Notes under the pieces: model-generated
The model's input: the letters and a program-made list of their open reading frames with translations, nothing else
Database searches by the model: none
What the model was told of the DNA's origin: nothing
In this document: positions 26,107 to 29,045 of the stretch, in pieces
Layout: the number at the start of each line of letters is the position of its first letter
How positions within the stretch are numbered: position 1 is the stretch's first letter
Position numbers and translations under genes: made by a program
Assembly (NCBI GenBank): GCA_033762295.1
Contig: JANRLW010000108.1
Span: 1-29,045, forward strand
Reading direction: 5' to 3'
DNA from: Capsulimonadales bacterium
GTDB lineage: Bacteria > Armatimonadota > Armatimonadia > Armatimonadales > Armatimonadaceae
Length of the DNA: 29,045 bases

Positions 26107-26313
26107 ATGAAAATGACCCAACGACGTTATCTTATTGCCGCCATCGGCGGCCTGCTGCTGCTGGCTGGTTGTTCCACCCCGGAGTCGAAACCGTCGCCGG
26201 TGCCGTCCTCCGACCCGAACGGCAACCCGACGCGCTCCACCGATCCCCGGGTAAAGGATAACCCGAATATTCCGCCCGAAATCCGCCGCCAACTCGGCGG
26301 GGGCCAGCGGTAA
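26107..26313 (+). CDS. Small Pro-rich lipoprotein
   Basis: 68 aa; MKMTQRRYLIAAIGGLLLLAG-C lipobox; GGAGA RBS. Confidence 0.82.
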   Translation: MKMTQRRYLIAAIGGLLLLAGCSTPESKPSPVPSSDPNGNPTRSTDPRVKDNPNIPPEIRRQLGGGQR

Positions 26314-26340
26314 CCTTCCGCCACACTGCCCACGGTAACT

Positions 26341-26372
26341 CGCTGGCACTCGCAAAAAAGCGGGTGCCAGCG
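26341..26372 (+). terminator. 13-bp hairpin after the lipoprotein gene (terminator or stabiliser)
   Basis: CGCTGGCACTCGC-AAAAAA-GCGGGTGCCAGCG, weak T-run afterwards. Confidence 0.6.
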
Positions 26373-26406
26373 TTCGGCGTTTCCGGTATCCTGACTCCCG
26401 ACGCCC

Positions 26407-27486
26407 ATGGCCTTACGTCCCGATGACATATTCCGCCGGCTGGCGACCCTCATGGCCGTTTCGGTCCTGGCGGTCGTGATCGGTTGCCGCTCCGCCGGGA
26501 CCGTCGACCGACCGACGCCGGTCTCCTCCGAAGCCGCCCGGGAGACGGACGAACGGACGCAGGCGGAGGTTCGGCAACGGCTGGCGCAGGGCGATTTCGC
26601 CGGAGCCGTGGCGCCGTTACGCGAACTCGCGAAACGAAATCCGAACGATACGGAGACGCTGACCATGCTCGGGACGTGCGTTCTCCGGTCGCCGGACCCG
26701 CGCCGGTTCGCCGACCAGGCGCGAAAGGAACTGACCGCCGATCCGAACGATGTCGTAGCCCTGACCGTCGCCGCCGCCGCGTTCACCGGGCCGGAACTGC
26801 AGAAAGAGCGGCTGGACGTCATGAAGCGTCTGGCCGAACGGCGACCGGACGATCCGCTCGTTCGTCTCGATCTCGCCGTGGAGTACGTCGCCGCCCATCA
26901 GTACGATCTGGCCCGTCCCCTGCTCGATCGGATGATCGAGCAAAAGCCGGACGAACCGATGGGATACCTCCTGCGCGGCAGAATCACCCTGGAGGAGGCA
27001 TCTACCGACGAGGCGCTCCGTCGCGCCGAAACGGATCTGAAAACGGCGATCCGCCTGCGACCGACGATGGCGACCGCGCATCTGAGCCTGGGGAGAATCG
27101 CCCTGCGCCGCAACCGCCCGGAAGCGGCGATCAAAGCCTTCGAAACGGCCTACCGGCATCAGCCCAACAGCGGCGAAATCCTGTACGAACGGGCGCGTAC
27201 CTATCGCCTGCTGGGGAACGCCGAAAAGGCGAACTCCGCCGAGAAGGCGCTGCGACGTTACCGCGAACTGGAGATGCGTAGCGCGACGCTGGTCACCCGC
27301 TGCGGCGCGTTTCCGGACGACTTCGAACTGCACCTGGAGACCGTCCGCGCCCTGGCGGAAAAAGGGGACTATCAGCGCGCCGCGCCGTTTCTCCGACGGG
27401 CGATGCAGCTTCGCCCGGACGATGACCGCACCCGTCGGCTGATGGAGGATCTGCGTCGACGGGCCGCGCAGGGGGCCGGTTCGTGA
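26407..27486 (+). CDS. Tetratricopeptide repeat lipoprotein
   Basis: Hydrophobic signal with VIG-C lipobox; multiple TPR-like units (AHLSLGRIALRRNRPEAAIKAFETAYRHQPN and others). Confidence 0.88.
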   Translation: MALRPDDIFRRLATLMAVSVLAVVIGCRSAGTVDRPTPVSSEAARETDERTQAEVRQRLAQGDFAGAVAPLRELAKRNPNDTETLTMLGTCVLRSPDPRRFADQARKELTADPNDVVALTVAAAAFTGPELQKERLDVMKRLAERRPDDPLVRLDLAVEYVAAHQYDLARPLLDRMIEQKPDEPMGYLLRGRITLEEASTDEALRRAETDLKTAIRLRPTMATAHLSLGRIALRRNRPEAAIKAFETAYRHQPNSGEILYERARTYRLLGNAEKANSAEKALRRYRELEMRSATLVTRCGAFPDDFELHLETVRALAEKGDYQRAAPFLRRAMQLRPDDDRTRRLMEDLRRRAAQGAGS

Positions 27487-29045
27487 GAACTTTCCCGATG
27501 GTCGGGATCGCTGCCGTTCTCCTCCTCGCCGGATGCTCGACCGCTCCGCCGAACGGGACGGGGACCGGCTCCGTCGCCGTCGAACCCACGACCCCGACCG
27601 CCGCGACCGCTCCGACCGTTACCATGACGGAACGCGCCCTGTTCGTTGACCGGGCCGCCGACGCCGGAATTCGCTTTACTCACGATGCCGGGGCGACCGG
27701 TAAGTTTTTCTACATCGAGAACACTCCGCCCGGCTGCGCCTTCCTCGATTTTGACAGCGATGGCTGGCTCGACCTCTTTCTGGTGCAGTCCGGACCCTCC
27801 GAACCGCCGGAGACCGTCACCGCCCGTCCGCCCTGCGCTCTCTACCGGAACAACCGCGACGGAACGTTCACGAACGTGACGGACGGTTCCGGCGTCGAGG
27901 CGGACATCGGATACGGGCAGGGCGTGGCGGTCGGCGACTACGACAACGATGGCTTCCCGGACCTGCTGGTAACGTCATACGACCGGCTGCATCTGTTTCG
28001 CAACCGGGGAGGGACCGGAAAATTCCTCGACGTGACGCGAACGATGGGTATGGACACCCTTCGGGGGTACTTTACCAGCGCCGCGTTCGGCGATTATGAC
28101 AACGACGGAAAGCTCGACCTGTATGTCTGCCGCTACGGCCCCTGGGACTGGAAGTCGAACGTTCCCTGCCGGGACAACCTGGGGCCGGACTACTGTCCGC
28201 CGATCGTCTACGAGCCGGACGAGCACCTGTTGCTCCGTAACGAAGGAACCCGTTTTCGCGACGTGAGCCGGTCCGCCGGAATTCATGCGGCGAAAGGCCG
28301 GGGTCTCGGGGTGGTTTTTCTCGATTTCGACCGGGACGGGAAACAGGATATTTTCGTCGCGAACGATCAGACACCGAATATGCTCTGGCGAAACCGGGGT
28401 GACGGGACCTTTTCGGAGGTGGCCGTGCCTGCGGGCTGCGCCTACGACGCTCAGGGGCAGGTCATGGCCGGGATGGGCGTTGCGGTAGGGGATTATGACC
28501 GCTCCGGCAACGATAGCCTGTATGTCGGCAACTTTTCCGACAAGCCGAACATGCTCTTCCGCAATATCGGGAACGGACTGTTCCGGGACGAGAGTTATGC
28601 GTCAGGTCTCGCGCTGCCGCATATGCCGTTCCTCACCTTCGGCACCGAGTTCTTCGATTACGACCGGGACGGCTGGTTCGATCTGCTGACCGTCAACGGA
28701 CATGTCAAGGTGACGGTCGACCGTCAATCCGCCATGACCACCTACCGGGAGCGAAAACAGCTTTTCCGCAACGAAGGGAACGGTCGCTTTACGGAGGTCG
28801 CCGAACCGGGGCAACTCGGGTCGCTGGGCAATGCGACCATCGGTCGGGGGCTGGCGATCGGCGACTATGACAACGACGGACGTCCGGACGCGCTGATCGC
28901 CAACCAGAACGGCCCGACCGAACTGATGCGTAACGAAACGAAGAATGAAAACCGCTGGGTTTCGTTCCTTCCCGTCGGCGTAAAGTCCAACCGCGAGGGG
29001 CGGCACGCACAATTCGTCCTCAGGGCGGGCGGTGAAACCCGGACG
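27483..29045 (+). CDS. CRTAC1-family FG-GAP + ASPIC/UnbV lipoprotein (truncated by window end; absent from the ORF track)
   Basis: Translated manually from GTG 27483 (GTGA overlap): MRTFPMVGIAAVLLLAG-C...FVDRAADAGIRFTH...GCAFLDFDSDGWLDLF...GDYDNDG repeats...GRGLAIGDYDNDGRPD...NRWVSFLPVGVKSNREG. Confidence 0.92.
   Translation, partial: MRTFPMVGIAAVLLLAGCSTAPPNGTGTGSVAVEPTTPTAATAPTVTMTERALFVDRAADAGIRFTHDAGATGKFFYIENTPPGCAFLDFDSDGWLDLFLVQSGPSEPPETVTARPPCALYRNNRDGTFTNVTDGSGVEADIGYGQGVAVGDYDNDGFPDLLVTSYDRLHLFRNRGGTGKFLDVTRTMGMDTLRGYFTSAAFGDYDNDGKLDLYVCRYGPWDWKSNVPCRDNLGPDYCPPIVYEPDEHLLLRNEGTRFRDVSRSAGIHAAKGRGLGVVFLDFDRDGKQDIFVANDQTPNMLWRNRGDGTFSEVAVPAGCAYDAQGQVMAGMGVAVGDYDRSGNDSLYVGNFSDKPNMLFRNIGNGLFRDESYASGLALPHMPFLTFGTEFFDYDRDGWFDLLTVNGHVKVTVDRQSAMTTYRERKQLFRNEGNGRFTEVAEPGQLGSLGNATIGRGLAIGDYDNDGRPDALIANQNGPTELMRNETKNENRWVSFLPVGVKSNREGRHAQFVLRAGGETRT

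Noticed and set aside
26343..26370. CIRCE-like inverted repeat CTGGCACTC-N10-GGGTGCCAG, tempting because hrcA is in the window
   Set aside because: The spacer is 10 nt rather than the strict 9, the arms deviate from consensus, pairing extends into a 13-bp hairpin after a stop codon, and no chaperone gene follows.

Overview
A GC-rich bacterial window with about 27 genes. The prepilin signature [33 protein letters not shown] and the gene content suggest Armatimonadota (inference). No rRNA, tRNA, CRISPR array or mobile element was seen. Left part: AraC regulator, DUF1801 protein, HEAT-like protein, large secreted Ser hydrolase, DUF3592-like protein, M48 peptidase, 7-blade FG-GAP propeller, small Cys-rich ORF and MFS transporter. 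Middle: a five-gene operon with an ECF sigma factor, an 802-aa protein whose zinc-finger anti-sigma domain is fused to an ABC-associated membrane/extracytoplasmic protein, an ABC ATPase and two permeases. It is followed by an atypical enolase-superfamily enzyme, a DapA-like aldolase coupled to an orphan hrcA, and a Gfo/Idh/MocA dehydrogenase. Two DUF1559 pilin-like genes each come with a small Pro-rich lipoprotein. One sits in a LacI-led, PUL-like operon with a signal-less GH144 beta-1,2-glucanase, a TPR lipoprotein and a CRTAC1/ASPIC-UnbV lipoprotein, but no classical transporter in the visible part. The two best candidates for undescribed systems are (1) the ECF/anti-sigma-ABC fusion module and (2) the pilin-centred carbohydrate locus. 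All family assignments are by motif recognition, not database search.
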